A stretch of DNA of 63,910 nt, counting the filler, from Lama guanicoe (Eukaryota): NCBI GenBank assembly GCA_013239625.1. It is 80 parts of 78 records of this genome, joined end to end, with 100 filler letters (N's around TTAATTAATTAA, not from the genome) between each part and the next. Parts side by side here need not be neighbours in the genome. Positions count along the whole stretch, not along the records: positions 49,338 to 50,210 come from PNXV01018576.1; positions 50,311 to 51,131 come from PNXV01018582.1; positions 51,232 to 52,092 come from PNXV01018583.1; positions 52,193 to 53,031 come from PNXV01018584.1; positions 53,132 to 54,258 come from MU056127.1; positions 54,359 to 55,196 come from MU056128.1; positions 55,297 to 56,222 come from MU056130.1; positions 56,323 to 57,146 come from PNXV01018595.1; 72 more parts are not named here. One strand, given 5' to 3'. This document shows, one piece after another, positions 49,338 to 62,058 of the stretch. Under the pieces are notes generated by a model. It made no database searches and had not been told where the DNA came from. It worked only from the letters and a program-made list of their open reading frames with translations. The translations under genes were made by a program, and so were the position numbers. Position 1 is the first letter of the stretch. Every line of letters begins with the position of its first letter.

Positions 49338-49782
49338 GCTGGTAACCGTAAGTTTCTTTCTCTACGTCTGTGGGTCTGTTTCTCTTTTGTATTTAAGTTC
49401 ATTTTTGTCCTTTTCTAGATTCCACATATAAGTGATATCATATGGCATTTTTCTCTTTTTCTGGCTTACTTTACTCAGAATGACTATCTCTACATCCATT
49501 CATGCTGCTGCAAATGGCATTATTTTGTTCTTTTTAATGGCTGAGTAGTATTCCTTTGTATAAATATACTACTACATTTTTATCCAGTCAACTGTCGATG
49601 GACACTTGGGTTGTTGCCATGTCCTGGCTATTATAAATAGTGCTGCTGTGAGAATTGAGGTGCATGTGGCTTTTTAAATTAGAGTTTTCTTCTGACATAT
49701 GCCCAGGAGTGGGAAGTCTGGATCATGAGTTAAGTCTATTTTCAGTTTTTAAAGGAAATTCCACACTGTCTTCACTAGTGAC
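49338..49782 (-). mobile_element. L1 3' end
   Basis: 'tagattccacatataagtgatatcatatgg', 'gctgcaaatggcattatttt', 'ggctgagtagtattcc', 'atgcccaggagtggga'. Confidence 0.9.
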
Positions 49783-49989
49783 AATGCAACCCGTTTTGTG
49801 AAAGCAGAGCCATGCTCAGAAAGTAACGGGTATTTCTAGGGGCCAGACATGAATCGCAGTGAGTGTGGCTTGTTCAAGAATCAGAGGGCAGTCTGTCAGG
49901 GCTGGAGGAGAGTGACAAGGGAAGTGTGGTACAGGTAGGAGTCAGACCACGTGGGGACATGGCAGGCTGGGATAAGGAGCTTGGACTTC

Positions 49990-50125
49990 CAGTCATCCCT
50001 TGGTAACCATGGGGCACTGGTTCCAGGACTCCCCCCTGATATCAACATCCATGGATGCTGATGCTTCTTGTAGAAAATGGCATAGGACTTGCATGGAACT
50101 TATGTGTACCCTCCCATGTACTTTA
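49990..50125 (+). mobile_element. MER2 (Tigger-family MITE) 5' part, interrupted by an antisense L1 tail at about 50141-50210
   Basis: 'cagtcatcccttggtaaccatggggcactggttccaggactcccc...atccatggatgct...aaaatggcatag...ctcccatgtacttta' is collinear with the MER2 consensus start. Confidence 0.75.
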
Positions 50126-51231
50126 TATATATATATATAAACATTTTTTATTGAGTTATACTCATTTTACAATGTTGCATCAAATTCAAGCTTAGAGCAC
50201 AATTTTTCAGNNNNNNNNNNNNNNNNNNNNNNNNNNNNNNNNNNNNNNNNNNNNTTAATTAATTAANNNNNNNNNNNNNNNNNNNNNNNNNNNNNNNNNN
50301 NNNNNNNNNNTTGCCTGAGCGGAGGCGGTGACAGGGCCTGGCACTGGTCCCCATAGGAGGGAAGGCTCCACCTGGATGGAGAGGGGTGGGTGTGGGCCCC
50401 TCCCAGTTCAGGAGGTGGTGTGTGAGGCCTGTGTGAAAGGGCTCAGCCCCACCCCCCAACCAGGCTGTGGTAGCTCTTGGGGGCAGGGTAGGTGGGGCAG
50501 GGCCTCTGTGTCAGGTGCTGGTAATGGATCATGGTCACATCCTGAGGGCAGGGCTCCTCTGGGCCTGGAAGGCTCCCTTGGGCAGCTTAGTACCCAGCAC
50601 AGACCTGGTGGCTGGTGGGAGGTCGGCGAGCAGAAGCTGGGTCCTCCGCGGGCACGGTGTCCAGCACACACCCACGGGCCTGACTCAAGAAAGGGCCATT
50701 GTGGTCTGGTCTACACATCCTTCCCTGGACCCCACCGCCCTGGTCATGCAGACACTGGTGGACACTTCCACCCCTGTGCTCACTCACCGAAGCACAGTGG
50801 CTCCGTCTCAACCAGTGTGTGCAGAGTGCAGAGTGTGGCCCTGCGCCCCGGGCTGCTCTAGAGGGAGACGCACCCAGCCCCCACCCTCCTGGAGACTGCG
50901 CCCTCTGCCTCCACAGGGCTGGCTGCCCCAGCTCTGCCCTGCCTGGCCCACTGGAGTGACCAGCCCGTGCCAGGACGAAAGCCCACCTGCCCTGGGGAGG
51001 CGGGGGCTCTGGTGCCATAGTGATGCCCTAGCAGTCCCTGATGCAGGCTCTAAGAGTGGGGTCCCCTGGCAGTGGGGACCTTTGCTGGGTGGCATGGTGC
51101 AGGTATGTGTCCAACCTCGGCCGCTTCAGCCNNNNNNNNNNNNNNNNNNNNNNNNNNNNNNNNNNNNNNNNNNNNTTAATTAATTAANNNNNNNNNNNNN
51201 NNNNNNNNNNNNNNNNNNNNNNNNNNNNNNN

Positions 51232-52092
51232 ACGCGTCTCCACATGCTCAATTCTGAGAGTTGAATGTGCGTGTAATCGGCCGATGACCTATCTTGTTGT
51301 GAACACACAGTTTCTTTAGAGTGTGGAACTATACTACATATATATATATGGATAGGTAGTAGCTCCAACACGATTTTACATTGAAAACTGCATGAACTTC
51401 AAACCGGCACTAGGATACAGACTGAGAAACCAGAGTAAGTGTTTCTCCTGCCACCCTTTCCTTTTGTGATAGATGAACGAACGACAATCCACATGCTCAT
51501 TTCTGAAAATAAGTGTGTGCGAAAGCCGTCCTTCACTTAGCTAGTTGGGAACACAAAGTTTCTATTCATTTGCAAACTCCACTTCATATATATATATGAG
51601 GAGGAACAAGCTCCAACTCGGTATTACAGTGAAAATTTCAGGAACATAAAACCTGCAATAGGAAACAGACTGAGAATCAGTGTAAGTGTTTCTCCTGCAA
51701 CCCGTTCCCCTTGTGCTACATGAATGAACGACTCTGCACATGCTAAGTTCTGAGAGATAGGTGGGTGTGAAAACCATCCTTCACCTAGCTAGGGGGAACA
51801 CAAAGTTTCTTTTCAGTTGCAAACAACAAATATGGGGAGGTACAAGCTCCAACTCGGTTTTACAGTGAAAACCGCAGGAAATTCAAACCGGCACTAGGAA
51901 CTGAGAAACCAGAGTCAGGGTTTCTCCTGCAACCCGTTCCCTTTTGCTGGATGAACGAACGTCTCTCCACATGCTCAGTTCTGAGAGATAACTATGTATG
52001 TTAGCCTTACTTCACGTATCTTTTAGGGAACACAAAGGGTCTTTTCTGATGGAAACTCCACTTCTTACATATATATGGGGAAGTACAAGCTC
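51232..52092 (-). repeat. About 248-bp satellite (reverse orientation), about 3.4 monomers
   Basis: Repeated 'ccacatgctca..tctga', 'aaaccggcactagga', 'agctccaactcgg'. Confidence 0.93.
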
Positions 52093-53131
52093 NNNNNNNN
52101 NNNNNNNNNNNNNNNNNNNNNNNNNNNNNNNNNNNNTTAATTAATTAANNNNNNNNNNNNNNNNNNNNNNNNNNNNNNNNNNNNNNNNNNNNCAGTACAA
52201 GAGAAAAAGGAATAAAGAAGAAGGAAAAGAGGAACAAGAGAGATTTAGAAACACACAAGAACAAAAATGATTTTGACAGCAAGTGCAAGAATTTACTTGA
52301 GTATGTGAGGCCAGGGACGCGAGGACGGTGAGACTCAACGTCACCTCCTACTCCAGGGAAGGCAGGGGCCTGAGGGGAGCGGCGCTGCCGGGGGACCCCA
52401 ACGTGGTCAGCGCCCCAAACAAAAACTCCACCTACATGCGTCTAGGCAGCTTTTGAGCTACAAATTGTGGTCGCATTTCAGTCTGGACAGTTTTACTTAC
52501 TCCCAACAAGAGTAGCAGGAGAGAAATAGGCTCTGCTCCTGCACCAAAGCATTGTTTTAAAAATTAATGACTGTGGAATAGTAAAAGCAACAATGGAGTA
52601 AATGTGACTGGAGGAGAACTTGCTTGACCCAAGCTCACTGGCCGCGTTATCTCACTGACCTTCAGATGCTGGCTGGGCGCTTACTGTACCAAAACAGACA
52701 GACCAACCAGGAGGGAGGTTTAATGCGCTGCTGTATTTTGATGCCGAGAGCCATGCCTGGTACACGAGATCTGGGTAAACAATGGTGACAGTGTCAACCA
52801 CTATGGGCTAAGCACACATCCAGCTACTCCCTGGGGGCTGAGGCAGGGCTCCAGGCTTCCACTGCTCACTCACCAGTCTGTCCAGGGGGGAGAAGGTGGT
52901 CCCTGCTTGCATTGCACCGAAGCACCTTCCTTGACTAACGCCGGGCGCCTCAGCAGGAGTTGACAGGTGAGGTGAAAGAAGTCAGACTCGGTGTAGCACA
53001 GTGCTGGCAGCTATGCCCTCAGCAGTGCCCANNNNNNNNNNNNNNNNNNNNNNNNNNNNNNNNNNNNNNNNNNNNTTAATTAATTAANNNNNNNNNNNNN
53101 NNNNNNNNNNNNNNNNNNNNNNNNNNNNNNN

Positions 53132-54258
53132 TATATTCTGGGTTCTGCATTCCATGTTCTTAAATCTATATTCAGTATTCTGTATTCTATATTCTAAATA
53201 TTGAATTCTGCTTTCCATGTTCTAAATTCTGGGTTCTATATTCTCTACTCTGTATTCTATATTCTGTGTTCATCATTCTATATTCTATATTCTGCATTCT
53301 GAAGTCTATAGTCTATATTCTGTTTCTATATTCTATATTCTGTATTCAATATTCTGCATTCCGTATTCTACATTCCATATTGTGTGTTCTAAATTCTATA
53401 CTCTAAATTCGATATTCAGAATTCTGTATTCTATATTCTAAATTCTGTGTTCTACATTCCATGTTCATAATTCTGGGTTCAATATTTTCTATTCTATATT
53501 CTATATTTTGTGTTCATCATTCTATATTCTTTATACTATATTCTGCATTCCGTAGTCTATATTCTATATTCTGTGTTCTACATACTATATTCTATATTCT
53601 ATACTCAGTATTCTGTATTCTATATTCTAAATTCTGTGTTCTGCATTCCATGTTCTAAATTCTGGGTTCTATATTCTCTATTCTCTATTCTCTATTCTGT
53701 GTTCTACATTGTATATTCTAAATTCTATATTCAGTATTCTGTATTCTATATTCTAAATTCTGTGTTCTACATTGTATATTCATATTCTATAATAAGTATT
53801 CGGTATTGAATATTCTAAATTCTGTGTTCTGCANNNNNNNNNNNNNNNNNNNNNNNNNNNNNNNNNNNNNNNNNNNNNNNNNNNNNNNNNNNNNNNNNNN
53901 NNNNNNNNNNNNNNNNNNNNNNNNNNNNNNNNNNNNNNNNNNNNNNNNNNNNNNNNNNNNNNNNNNNNNNNNNNNNNNNNNNNNNNNNNNNNNNNNNNNN
54001 NNNNNNNNNNNNNNNNNNNNNNNNNNNNNNNNNNNNNNNNNNNNNNNNNNNNNNNNNNNNNNNNNNNNNNNNNNNNNNNNNNNNNNNNNNNNNNNNNNNN
54101 NNNNNNNNNNNNNNNNNNNNNNNNNNNNNNNNNATTCTAAATTTTATATTCAGTATTCTGTAGTATATACTCTAAATTCTGTGCTCTGCATTCCATGTTC
54201 TAAATTTTAGGTTCTGTATTTTGTTTTCCATATTCTATAATTTGTGTTCTACATTCTA
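53132..54258 (+). repeat. Heptamer-based satellite
   Basis: 'ccatgttc' at 53459 and 53648 (189 bp); this block is collinear with 8141-8340. Confidence 0.95.
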
Positions 54259-54358
54259 NNNNNNNNNNNNNNNNNNNNNNNNNNNNNNNNNNNNNNNNNN
54301 NNTTAATTAATTAANNNNNNNNNNNNNNNNNNNNNNNNNNNNNNNNNNNNNNNNNNNN

Positions 54359-55196
54359 GTGTTCCAGGGAGCTGCTCCATTTCTTCTCTCCTCCGCGGCC
54401 TGGCCTGCGGGCGACCTCTGCTGCCGGAGATTTGTCTGAGATCCGACTCCAGGTGAGCTTGCTCCTGGGAGATGGGTGCGGTGCGGTCAGGGGGCCGGTA
54501 AGGTGGTGGTTGAGGCCATAGGGAGGCTGCCCTGGAGGAGCTTGTGGATTAGCTCCCTGTCTGCACTGCGTGGCCTGAAGGCGGCCTCTGCTGCGCCAGG
54601 TTCCGGGACACCCCTGTCCCACTTTGCCTGCTGNNNNNNNNNNNNNNNNNNNNNNNNNNNNNNNNNNNNNNNNNNNNNNNNNNNNNNNNNNNNNTCCCAT
54701 CTTCCCCGCGGCTTGTCCTGGGGGCGGCCGCTGTTGCCCTGGGTTACGAGACACGTGTATCCTAGTCGGCCTGACCCCGGGAGTTGGACTTGGTACGTTG
54801 TGGGTGGTGGAAGCAGCGGCAGGTTTTCCCATGGAGCTTGTCCATTTGCTCCCACTTCCCCCCATGGTTTGCCCTGGGGTCGGTCCCTGTTGTCCCAAGT
54901 TCGCCGGACTTTCATCTCCAGGTCAGCCTGCTCCCTAGAGGAGGCCACTTTGAAGTCAGGGGCAAGAGTGGTGGCTGCTGCGGGGGTAGGGGCTGCCTTG
55001 GGGAGCTGGTGGATTGGCTCCCGTCTCCCTGATGGCCTGGTGTGGGAGTGGCCTCTCCTGCCCCAGATCACCAGACACACCTGTCCCACTCAGCCTGCTG
55101 GGGGAGGGGCGCCCTGGGCGGTGCCTTTAAAGTGCGTGGGTGGCGAAGGCGGGGGTAGAAGACATGCAGCGCGGAGCCTATCAATTTGCTCTCCTC
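54359..55196 (-). repeat. Degenerate GC-rich tandem repeat, about 155-172 bp unit, about 5 units
   Basis: On the minus strand, units start 'gggagc(c/a/t)aat' at about 55193, 55022, 54853, (54698), 54557 and 54385; each carries a 'gcaggctga/gcaagctca' and a 'ggca.cagaggccgcc' motif. Confidence 0.7.
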
Positions 55197-55296
55197 NNNN
55201 NNNNNNNNNNNNNNNNNNNNNNNNNNNNNNNNNNNNNNNNTTAATTAATTAANNNNNNNNNNNNNNNNNNNNNNNNNNNNNNNNNNNNNNNNNNNN

Positions 55297-56222
55297 TATT
55301 TCTCAGAGTTCCCCCTAAGAGGGAACACCTGAGACTGAAGAGAGCTGCGTGGAATTGTCTCTCGAGCACCCCACGCACTGAGAATGGTTCCGGAATTCTG
55401 AGCGTGTGGAGTTTCCACCAACGGTCGGCAGCGCGTTGGTTCTAACGGAATGCCTAAGCTAGACTCCCCTGGGATTTTTCCTAATGTCTCTGTGCCTGGG
55501 AATGCTAGGGGGGTTTTCAGGAAATCCCAGTGGCTGAGGCTGCCTCCCCAAATTCATTGAAGTTATTTCCCAGAATTCCCCCTAACAGGGAACGCCTGTG
55601 ACTTACGAGAGCTGCGTGGAGGTGTCTCTCGAGTTCCCCACGCACTGACAATGTTTCCGGAATCCTGAGCTTGGGGAGGTTCCACCAACGATCGGCAGCG
55701 CGTGGGTTCTAACGGAATGCCTATGCTCGTCTCCCCTGTTTTTTTTCCTAATGTCTCTGTGCAGGGAATGCTAGGGGGGCTTGCAGGAAATCCCAGAGGC
55801 TGAGGCTGCCGCCCCAAGGTCAGGGAAGCTATTTCTCGGAATTCCTCGTTCATGGAACACCTCTGAATGAAGAGAGCTGTGTGGAGTTGTCTATCGAGCT
55901 CCCCAACGCCCTGAAAATGGTTCCGGAATCCTGAGCGTGGGGAAGTTCCACCAACGGTCGGCTGCACGTGGGTTCTAACGGAATGCCTAAGCTCGACTCC
56001 CCTGTGTTTTTTCCTAATATCTCTGTGCAAGGGAATTCTAGGGGATTTGCAGGAAATCCCAGTGACAGAGGTTGACTCCCCAAGATCAGGGAAGGTATTT
56101 AACAGAATTCCCCATAACAGGGAACACCTGTGACTGAAGAGAGCTGCGTGGATGTGGGTTTTTCCCTCTAGCTCCCCACGCACTGACAATTGTTCCGGAA
56201 TCCTGAGAATGGGGAGGTTCCA
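55297..56222 (+). repeat. 267-bp satellite, about 3.5 monomers
   Basis: Repeated 'gttctaacggaatgccta' and 'gagctgcgtgga' at about 266-267 bp spacing. Confidence 0.95.
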
Positions 56223-57246
56223 NNNNNNNNNNNNNNNNNNNNNNNNNNNNNNNNNNNNNNNNNNNNTTAATTAATTAANNNNNNNNNNNNNNNNNNNNNN
56301 NNNNNNNNNNNNNNNNNNNNNNATACATGTTGACTTTAAGCAAAATCTACTTTCCTGAAACAACAAAACTGATGGTTTTCAAACTATTTCGTTATGGTCT
56401 TTACTGTACACCACAAACTAGCTGTTTTCACAGCGCAAGGACTAGTCACTCAAGACAGTAATTGGAGGTAGGTACAGAAGACAAAGTATCATTGTCTTCT
56501 CAATTCATACTTCCATAAGTCTAAATCATTCCTTTCTCATTTGCTGGATGTTTTCCTGTCTCTTCATCACCCACCCATCCCAAAATAGCTGATTCTCTTC
56601 CCCATACCAATAACTATACTGACTTCAAATTAATTTACTTCTTAGAATCAGAGCTTTTTCCAAAAGAGACAGTGCCATTGCAAACATTTAATGTAGGTTT
56701 ATATACCCCACATAACATTTGCCCCTTCTTACCTTCACACGGGAAATTTCTAAGGTGTACTAGACCCTTGGATGGGGTGGTGGTATTCAGTAATCAAATT
56801 GCGATCTAAAATGTGTGGACTAGAAGGAGGTGAGGGTAATAGAATTAAAAATTTGTCCAACTGCAAGAATACCAAATTTCTGCAGATATTAGGAAATTTA
56901 AAATATTCATGGAAGTCTTTGACTCTTTCCCATTAATTTAAAAAAAAAAAACACGTAGCATTTTCAGAATGTGAAATGCCCTGAATTACTGGAAAATTGT
57001 AGGTAAGGTCAGGGACCCTAAGGCTTCTACTCACCATGATGCTGCCAGTGTTAGCTGATAAGTCTAGAATGGCAGAATTGTGTACTGAAAATTTGTTACC
57101 TGTTGTGAAGAAAGCTTTTGATATTCTGGAGAATGGGCAAATGGGCNNNNNNNNNNNNNNNNNNNNNNNNNNNNNNNNNNNNNNNNNNNNTTAATTAATT
57201 AANNNNNNNNNNNNNNNNNNNNNNNNNNNNNNNNNNNNNNNNNNNN

Positions 57247-58197
57247 TGTATATTATATTCTAAAATCTGTGTTCTGCATTCCATGTTCTAAATTCGGTGT
57301 TCTGTATTGTTTTCTATATTCTATATACTGTGTTCTTCATTCTATATTCTGTATTGTATATTATTTATGCCGTATTATATATTCTGTGTTCTTCATTCTA
57401 TATTCTGTATTCTATATTCTGCATTCCGTATTCTATATTCTGTATTCTGTGTTCTACATTTTATACTCTAAATCCTATATTCAGTATTCTGAATTGTATA
57501 TTCCAAATTCTGTGTTCTGCATTGTATGTTCTAAACTTTGGGTTCTGTATTCTGTATTCCATATTCTATAATTTGTGTTCTATAGTATATATTTGGTATT
57601 CAATATTCTGCATTCCGTATTCTATATTCTATATCCTGTGTTCTAAATTCTATATTCAGTATTCTGTGTTTTATTTTCTAAATTCTGTGTTCTGCATTCC
57701 ATGTTCTANNNNNNNNNNNNNNNNNNNNNNNNNNNNNNNNNNNNNNNNNNNNNNNNNNNNNNNNNNNNNNNNNNNNNNNNNNNNNNGTATTCTATATTCT
57801 AAATTCTGTGTTTACATTCTATATTCTAAATTGCATATTCAGTATGCTGTATTCCATATTCTAAATTCTGAGTTCTGCTATCCATGGTCCAAAATTTGGC
57901 TTCAATATTTTCCTTGCTATTTTTTTTTCTGTTTTCTACATTATCTATTCTAAATTATTTATTCAGTATTATGTATTTTATATTCTATATTCTATGTCCT
58001 ACATAGAATTTTTTAATTGTTTATAAAATATTCCGTATATTATGTTCTAAATTCTGTGTTCTATATTCTCTTTTCTATTTTCTATATTCTGTGTTCTACA
58101 TTCTATATTGTAAATTTTATATTCAGCATTCTGTATTCTATATTCCAGATTCTGTGTTCTACATTCTATATTCTATATTCAGTATAATGTATTCTAT
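57247..58197 (+). repeat. Heptamer-based satellite, more degenerate
   Basis: RTTCTRH units and the 'gttctgcattccatgttcta' landmark. Confidence 0.93.
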
Positions 58198-59119
58198 NNN
58201 NNNNNNNNNNNNNNNNNNNNNNNNNNNNNNNNNNNNNNNNNTTAATTAATTAANNNNNNNNNNNNNNNNNNNNNNNNNNNNNNNNNNNNNNNNNNNNTGA
58301 AAAATTCAAGAACCAATTTCCATTTATTACTGTCTCTTCTCAGTAATGCCCTACCCCTATTTAAACACTGAGCCTGGATAACTCAAGACATTGTGAAATG
58401 CGAGGAAGATGAAGGTAAGAACATCAACAGAAAACCAGAATGGTCGAGGGGAGCTTTGTACAACCTTTAATGAAACTGATGCCAATCTTCCTTTGAGCAT
58501 GAAAACAACTTAATTAAAATGTCCCCTTACCAGTTTCAGAATCTCTAGTGTTACACTTCAATTATATGCAAACTGAAATTTTGTTTGTGTTAAAGGTTTT
58601 GCTCCACTTAGAAACATTATTCCCTAGCCCTTAAATTATACACAGTGACCTCAGTATAGCAGTTAGAAAAACCTCTGCTTTAAAGCAGGAACCATAGCTG
58701 GTTCAATAATAAAGCAGCTCCAGTTAGTGCAGTAGTGATGACCAAGCAGTCTCCAGACGTTAGAAATCTGTGGGTCCATACTTAACCAAGCTCACCTGCN
58801 NNNNNNNNNNNNNNNNNNNNNNNNNNNNNNNNNNNNNNNNNNNTTAATTAATTAANNNNNNNNNNNNNNNNNNNNNNNNNNNNNNNNNNNNNNNNNNNNA
58901 ATCATTTTGTTTTATATGAATCATATATTTTATTTTGACTTTGATAGACTTCAAACCTCCGGAAAATTTACTGGAATAGTAAAATAAACGCTAAGATACA
59001 GTTCACCTAAAAGGGCACTATTTGCCCTTTTGTGTCTGGCTTATTTTAGTATAAACTTTCAAGGTTCATCCATGTTGTAGCCTCAATCAGTACATTATTC
59101 CTTTGGTTTGATAATATTC

Positions 59120-59674
59120 TTTTTTTTTTTTTTTTTTTTTCGTTTTTTCTCTATTTAAAAATATTTTCATTGAATTTTAGTCAGTTTATAATGTTGCATC
59201 AGTTTCTTGTGTACAGCACAACACTTCATTGATAGAGGAACATACCTGTATTCATTTTCGTATTCTTTTTCAACATGTTACTATAGGGTATTAAATATAT
59301 TCTCCTGTGCTATACAGTATAAACTTGCTCTTTATTCTATACATATTCAGTATCTGCAAATCTTGAACTCCGAATTTATTCCTTCCCACAGCCTCTAGCC
59401 TCTGGTAACCATAGCTTGGTTTCTATGTCTCTGTGTCTGTTTCTGTTCTGTAGATAAGTTTATCTTATTGTTTGTTTTTTGTTGTTGTTAACATATGAGC
59501 GATCTCATATGGTATTTTTCTTTCTCTTTCTGGGTTACTTCACTTAGAATGACATTCTCCAGGTCCATTGATGTTGCTAAAAATGGCATTATTTTATTAT
59601 TTTTTTATGGGTGAATAGTAGTCTGTTGTACAAATATACTACAACCTGTTTATCCAGTCATCTGTCAGTGGGCA
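59120..59674 (-). mobile_element. L1 3' end with poly(A) tail (poly-T on the plus strand)
   Basis: T21 run at about 59120-59140, then 'tgtacagcacaacacttca', 'ccctgtgctatacagtat'-like and 'cttcacttagaatgacattctccaggtcc' motifs. Confidence 0.88.
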
Positions 59675-60684
59675 NNNNNNNNNNNNNNNNNNNNNNNNNN
59701 NNNNNNNNNNNNNNNNNNTTAATTAATTAANNNNNNNNNNNNNNNNNNNNNNNNNNNNNNNNNNNNNNNNNNNNTGCCTCTCACCTGTCTTCTGTCACTT
59801 GTGAGGCGGTTCCTTTTGTGACCGTGTCCGAGTTTTTCATGTTATAAAACAAAAATTCTGTAAAAGTACAGTCCCCTTTAATCCGAAGACATTCCACAAT
59901 TACTCCTTTAAACTGGGTGTGGTTTTAAGAAGACAGAATCATTGAACATGTCCTTGCCGGTTGCTAGTGCAAAATCTTCAAATCAATAGTCTAGATCAAC
60001 ATCTAAAATCTTTCTAATCTACCTTGGATTTGTATGGATAAGTGAAGCAGTTTGCTAAGAACTCAAGACCAGGTTTAGAATACAGGCTGGTGTAGTTCAG
60101 CAGGTCCTCACATGCTGATGCTCTGACAGAGGGCGGGGCCGAGGGGAGAGGGCGTGTCCTGCCCTCCCTGAGCTGACAGTTTCATTGCAAAGACTTTCAC
60201 CAGGTGAAGAACTTGGAGTTTCTTCTAGGAACAGTGGGTCTGTAAAGAGTCCAATAAACGCGGAAGTGACACAATCCCATTTGTCTCAAGTAGGGGAGAG
60301 TGGCTGTGGGGCCACTTGGGAGACTCGTGTGTCCAGGTGGGCAGTGTTGGTGGCTTCCCCTTGAGCGGTGAGATGGTCAGTGGGTAAAAGCGAACAGATT
60401 GAAGGCATGTTTCGATGGTAAAAAGGAAAGGATGAATGCTGTCTGTGAATGTAGGATGGAGTAAGGCCAGGGTTTCTGTGTGGATTAATGAGGTAAATGA
60501 TGGTCCTGCTTTGCTATGATTAGGGAAACTGCAGTGGGATTTCTGGGGGAAAACTAATGAGTTCAGCTGTGGGTAAATTTAAAGNNNNNNNNNNNNNNNN
60601 NNNNNNNNNNNNNNNNNNNNNNNNNNNNTTAATTAATTAANNNNNNNNNNNNNNNNNNNNNNNNNNNNNNNNNNNNNNNNNNNN

Positions 60685-61300
60685 CCGGCATTTATATACT
60701 TTATTCTATAATCTAAATTCTGTGTTCTGCAAAACATTTTCTAAATTCTGGGTTCTGTATTCTGTTTCCATAATCTATGTTTTGTGTTCTAATTTCTATA
60801 TTCTGTTTACTATATTCTGCATTCCATTTTCTATATTCTATATTCTGTGATCTACATTCTATATTCTATTTCTATATTCAGTAATCTGTATACTATATTC
60901 TAAATTCTGTGTCCTGCATTCCATGTTCTAATTACTGGGTCCTATAATCTGTTTTCCATACTTTATATTCTGTGTTCTAAATTCTATACTCTGAATTCTA
61001 TATTCTGCAATCCGTANNNNNNNNNNNNNNNNNNNNNNNNNNNNNNNNNNNNNNNNNNNNNNNNNNNNNNNNNNNNNNNNNNNNNNCTGTATTCTATTAA
61101 TTCTGTGTTCTGCATTCCATGTTCTAAATTCTCTATTCTTAATTCTATATTCTATGTTCTACATTCTATATTCTAATTTCTATATTCAGTAGTCTGTATT
61201 CTATATTGTATATTCTGTGTTCTGCTTTCCATGTTCTCAATTTAATACTCAGTATTCTGTATTCTATATACTTAATTCTGTGTTCTGCATTGCATTTTCT
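60685..61300 (+). repeat. Heptamer-based satellite
   Basis: RTTCTRH units and landmark motifs. Confidence 0.93.
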
Positions 61301-61400
61301 NNNNNNNNNNNNNNNNNNNNNNNNNNNNNNNNNNNNNNNNNNNNTTAATTAATTAANNNNNNNNNNNNNNNNNNNNNNNNNNNNNNNNNNNNNNNNNNNN

Positions 61401-62058
61401 CTTCTGGCACTCCTTCTAGAAATAAAAATTATTGATTAAACCTAATATTAAAATTAAAGTTATAAGAGTTAATAAAATTGAGATAAAAGTTTGTAAAATT
61501 TGTATGTTTAAATTAGCTTTATATAAACTTTTTGCTTAATTATGTTGTGGGATAGATATGTTTCAATGGATAAATGCTTCCCCTTCTTGGTATTACAAGG
61601 ATGGGCACATTTCTATCCCTCAGAAAATATTAATTGAACAAACTATAGGAAACCAATAGAGTTACATGAGCCGTCCAATATAACGTAAAATTGAAAACTA
61701 ATATTCAGCGGCTAATAAAAAAATATAATAAAAGGTTTACCCTGGGTTTAACTTTTAACTCAAGGAAAAGAAACCTTACTAAGTGCCTTATGCAAGCTTT
61801 GGAAGACAAGATAAATTGAAGCTTAAAGTATTAAAACATGGAATTCTTTGTTTACAGCTTTTCCCACTGATACAAAAAAGCCAAATAAGGAGATACAATT
61901 GGGCCTAGGTGACAGAGCTATTCTCTGGGGAACTGGAAGTGTCTGTCTTTCTCTTGCAGATCAGAAATGTAAGTTCAGCAAACAGTGACCTAGGACTGAG
62001 CCTAATTAACTCAATGAGATAAAACTTAAGGCCAAAGAAACTTTTGGCATTTTAGAAC
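61401..62058 (+). mobile_element. Possible highly decayed class III ERV (ERVL/MaLR-like) internal sequence
   Basis: Only weak hints (YVVGIDM-like at about 61541, a PLGFW-like end); many stops. Confidence 0.25.

Noticed and set aside
50311..51131. Overlapping long ORFs in a GC-rich fragment
   Set aside because: Open in several frames on both strands with no recognisable domain, as expected from high GC content.
54487..55089. Retroviral gag ORF
   Set aside because: No major homology region or CCHC zinc knuckle; the ORF crosses an N gap and is explained by the tandem repeat.
57297..57953. Hydrophobic ILYSIFY-repeat 'membrane protein' ORFs
   Set aside because: They are translations of the heptamer satellite and recur in every such fragment.
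58344..58414. Candidate exon (ttctcag|...GAAG|gtaaga)
   Set aside because: Stops occur in all three frames and there is no other support.
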